DNA from: Dictyostelium discoideum
Taxonomy: Eukaryota
Length of the DNA: 64,000 nucleotides
Reading direction: 5' to 3'
NCBI GenBank assembly: GCA_000004695.1
Contig: CM000151.3
Location: 224,001-288,000, forward strand
Shown here: positions 61,190-64,000 of the stretch, piece by piece
How the letters are laid out: every line of letters starts with the position of its first letter
Position numbering within the stretch: position 1 is the first letter of the stretch
The notes under the pieces: model-generated
Databases searched by the model: none
Told to the model about the DNA's origin: nothing
Seen by the model: the letters and a program-made list of their open reading frames with translations, nothing else
Position numbers and translations under genes: made by a program

Positions 61190-61297
61190 ATGTTAACAAA
61201 TAAACAAATAAAAACAGATAACAATAAAATATTTCAAGATATTATTGATTTTGAAATATTAAAATCAATAATCAATTATTTATTAATTAGCAAAAAT

Positions 61298-61345
<48 letters not shown>

Positions 61346-63112
61346 AGTAATCAATATAAAATTAGTAAATTTTATTTAAATAGAAATGAAATATTAAATT
61401 ATATATTAGTTTCAAAAAAGTGGTATAATTTTTTATCATTAACAATATCAAATAATTTTATTAATAATAAATCATTTGAACATTGGTTAAACATTGATAA
61501 AAATAATAATAAATCATTTATTGAAAATTATAATAATCAAAATCAATATGATAAAAATAATTTAATTTATAAAAACAAAGATAATAAACAAAATAAAATT
61601 AGTTATAATAAGGAATTTTCAATTATAAAAATCAAAGAATCAATAATCAATGATTATTTTAAATTCAATTTATTTTTAAATAGTATTACAGTTGATGAAT
61701 TTACAGAAATTAAAAATAAATTTGAAAATAATCAATTACTTTATAATAGAATTATAGTTAATCTAGAAACTAGTTATGATGCGGATGTTACTCTATTTAT
61801 AATACATGAATATCTCTCAAATGAAAACTCAGAAATCATATCAAATTTATTTAAAATATTAGAATTAAATTATAATTTTTTGTTGCCTGGAGGTAATAGT
61901 CCAAATTTAGAAGAGGAGGAGGATGATACTGATGATGAAGGTAATAATGAAGGTACTGAATTATATTTTAATAATTTATCAATTTCTAGTTATAATGAAA
62001 ATGTAGTTGAAGATAGAGAAACAGTAATGATATTTAAAATTTTTAAAGGCAAAAATTTAATTTATAAAAGATCTCAAGTTGATTATGATTATCCAACACA
62101 TATGAATTATTCAGAATTATTTGATCCAGATAATTCTGGTCAACAAGTTGAATCGATTAAAGTAATAATTGAAACTGATGGTAATGGAGAGTCTGTTGAA
62201 GCACGTCATTTAATCAAAGTTAATCAATTTGAAAATTTACATTCAATTACAATACCAATTTATTCATTTCAAATATTATCAAACTTATCTGAAGAAATAG
62301 GATTTTTTGTGTTCTATCGTAATAATGCAGAATTTGGTAATTCAGGTACTTCAGAAAATATGAAATCAGAATTAATTCAAATGATTAATTCATTCGTTAC
62401 AAGTAAATCTTTAAAGAATTTAAATATATCATCAGTAAATTCAAACTACTCAATTAGTTATAAAGATTATGCTAGTTATGATGGTGATCATGAAATTTTG
62501 GCTAATAATATAAATGAAAATATAGAATCATTTTCAAATTGTTTTAAACCATTATTTTCAGAATTAAATACATCAATTGAAAGAATTGGATTTGATTGTT
62601 GTGGTTTATTAAAAATCAATACATTTTCAAATTTATTAAATAATAAATCAATTAAATATTTATATTTAAATAATTGTGATTTCATTGTTCACTCACCAAA
62701 ACCAATTGATAGTGATTTACATAAAGAACCAATTTCAATTAATAAATATTTATTTGATAATATATTTTCATCACCATTAACATCAATTAGACATTATAAA
62801 ATTAATATCAAAAAATTGAAACAATTAAAATTCATATTTAATTTAATATTAAATAATATTTTTAAATTACAATTATATTCATTAATATTCGAATTCAGTC
62901 AAAACGAATTAATTGGTGAATTTTTTAAAGAACTTAAAAATTTAATAAATAATATTTCAACACAGCAACAACAACAACAACAACAACAAAAAATATCAAA
63001 TAACATAAATTTAAAAGAAATTAAAATTAAAATTAAAGATGATGAACACATTCAAGAATTAAATAATATTAATAATCCATATTTTGCAACAGTGATAAAG
63101 AAAATAGCTTGA
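61190..63112 (+). CDS. family member F (640 aa)
   Basis: Intact ORF from ATG 61190. Leader CATTAGTTAGACTCACTCTTAATAATTTTAATAAATAATAATG. Conserved family blocks. Confidence 0.7.
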
Positions 63113-64000
63113 TTATGGTTATGTTTATTAGAAAAAAAAACCAAAGTACTTAAATAGCTCAAAAACCAAACATTTCAGAAATTCTTATTTTAGAAAAAAA
63201 AAAAAATAAAAAAAAAAAAGAATAAAAAAAAAAATAAAAAAAAGGATATATGTATTTATAGATCTTAATTATACAAATAATAAAATTATCTTATTTTAAT
63301 ACCTATTTTTTTTTTGATAATCCGAAAAAAAAATAAGAGTTCTATTATTTTATTTTTTTTTTTTTTTTTTTTTTTTTTTAGTTTCGAGAAACTAAATGTG
63401 GAAGTGAATCTGTGTCTTCTTATTTAACGATTATTGATAAAGAGTGAGTACATGCATTTGAAGTTTTACCACCACCACCACTACTACTTGATTTACCTCC
63501 AGTAGTTAAAGTTTTACCACCACGGCCACTACTTGATTTACCGTCAGTAGTTGATGCTGAATGGAAAGTTGATGGATGTGGACCAGTAGTGGTTGATGAT
63601 GTAGTATGAGTAGTTGAAGATTGAATAGATACCAAATGATGAGAGTGCGCTATTAATTTGAACAATGTAATTGAAAACTACTAAAACAAAGTAAGTTGAA
63701 TCTCAGGTAAGTGGCATAATAGTTTGAACGTGGTGGTATTGTGTAAAGAAAATCGTTGACATAGTAACCTTTTTCTTTTCTTCTTTTTCTTCTTTTTCTT
63801 CTTTTTCTTTGGTGTACACAGGGTCATAGGTTCCCCGTCATTTTTTGAAAATGGGGCCTATCCCCTTAAAATAAAAAACTATATGCTAAAATTTATCTCT
63901 TTTTATATCCAATGTTGATTTAATATTATCTACGAAATGCTTATCTAACCAATAGATACCTGCTTTTTCATTTCTAATTGTACCAAGATTAAATTGAGTC

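Noticed and set aside
63420-63665. 81-aa minus-strand Ser/Thr/Gly-rich ORF
   Set aside because: It begins on TTG, not ATG. An in-frame TAG lies 5 codons upstream. No splice-compatible upstream exon was found. The adjacent plus-strand CAG|GTAAGT strings have no open exon upstream. It could still be a terminal exon of a gene outside the window, but this is unsupported.

Overview
This window is not prokaryotic. It reads as a nuclear chromosome segment from a dictyostelid social amoeba (Dictyostelium-like). The evidence is overall GC near 22-25%, intergenic DNA that is almost pure A/T with long homopolymer runs, coding regions with A/T-rich third positions and frequent poly-Asn/Gln tracts, and short AT-rich GT..AG introns (70-350 bp). 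I found no rRNA, tRNA (no A/B-box-like GGTTCGAATCC islands), CRISPR arrays or operons, so no bacterial defence-type system can be supported.

The ORF track uses TTG/GTG as well as ATG as starts. Several listed 'M' starts are not ATG; I corrected these to the nearest in-frame ATG.

Gene content, left to right:
- 3' end of an unknown gene.
- A small Cys-rich gene on the minus strand (model uncertain).
- A 2-exon MeaB/MMAA-type G3E GTPase.
- A 3-exon DCC1 (DSCC1) cohesion-loader homolog on the minus strand.
- A low-complexity N/Q-rich gene.
- A FNIP-repeat protein.
- A 3-exon secreted BPI/LBP-like gene, with a ~165-bp (ATT)n microsatellite in an intron.
- A 3-exon UTP18 homolog.
- A 4.6-kb gene-free A/T region with scattered CA-/GT-rich boxes.
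- A 2-exon TKL-type protein kinase containing a sharply GC-rich patch.
- A tandem triplication of ~1200-aa secreted surface proteins with a probable GPI signal. They are built from Cys-bracketed beta-repeat modules that resemble bacterial SprB/HYR-type repeats. Copy 2 has lost its start codon.
- A secreted Cys-rich CTDC-type repeat gene broken by a 247-bp perfect tandem duplication.
- A split tandem array of a ~630-700-aa family with a probable F-box-like N-terminus: five intact copies, one decayed copy and one C-terminal remnant.
- A stretch of gene decay: a cytochrome P450 pseudogene and a highly reducing type I PKS pseudogene (KS-AT-DH-cMT-ER-KR). The PKS carries an in-frame stop and a frameshift, and is truncated just upstream of a small inverted-repeat element pair that flanks 2.4 kb of degenerate coding sequence.
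- An intact 1029-aa unknown gene.

The most interesting candidates for something new are the SprB-like surface-protein cluster, the F-box-like array, and the mosaic GC patch in the kinase.
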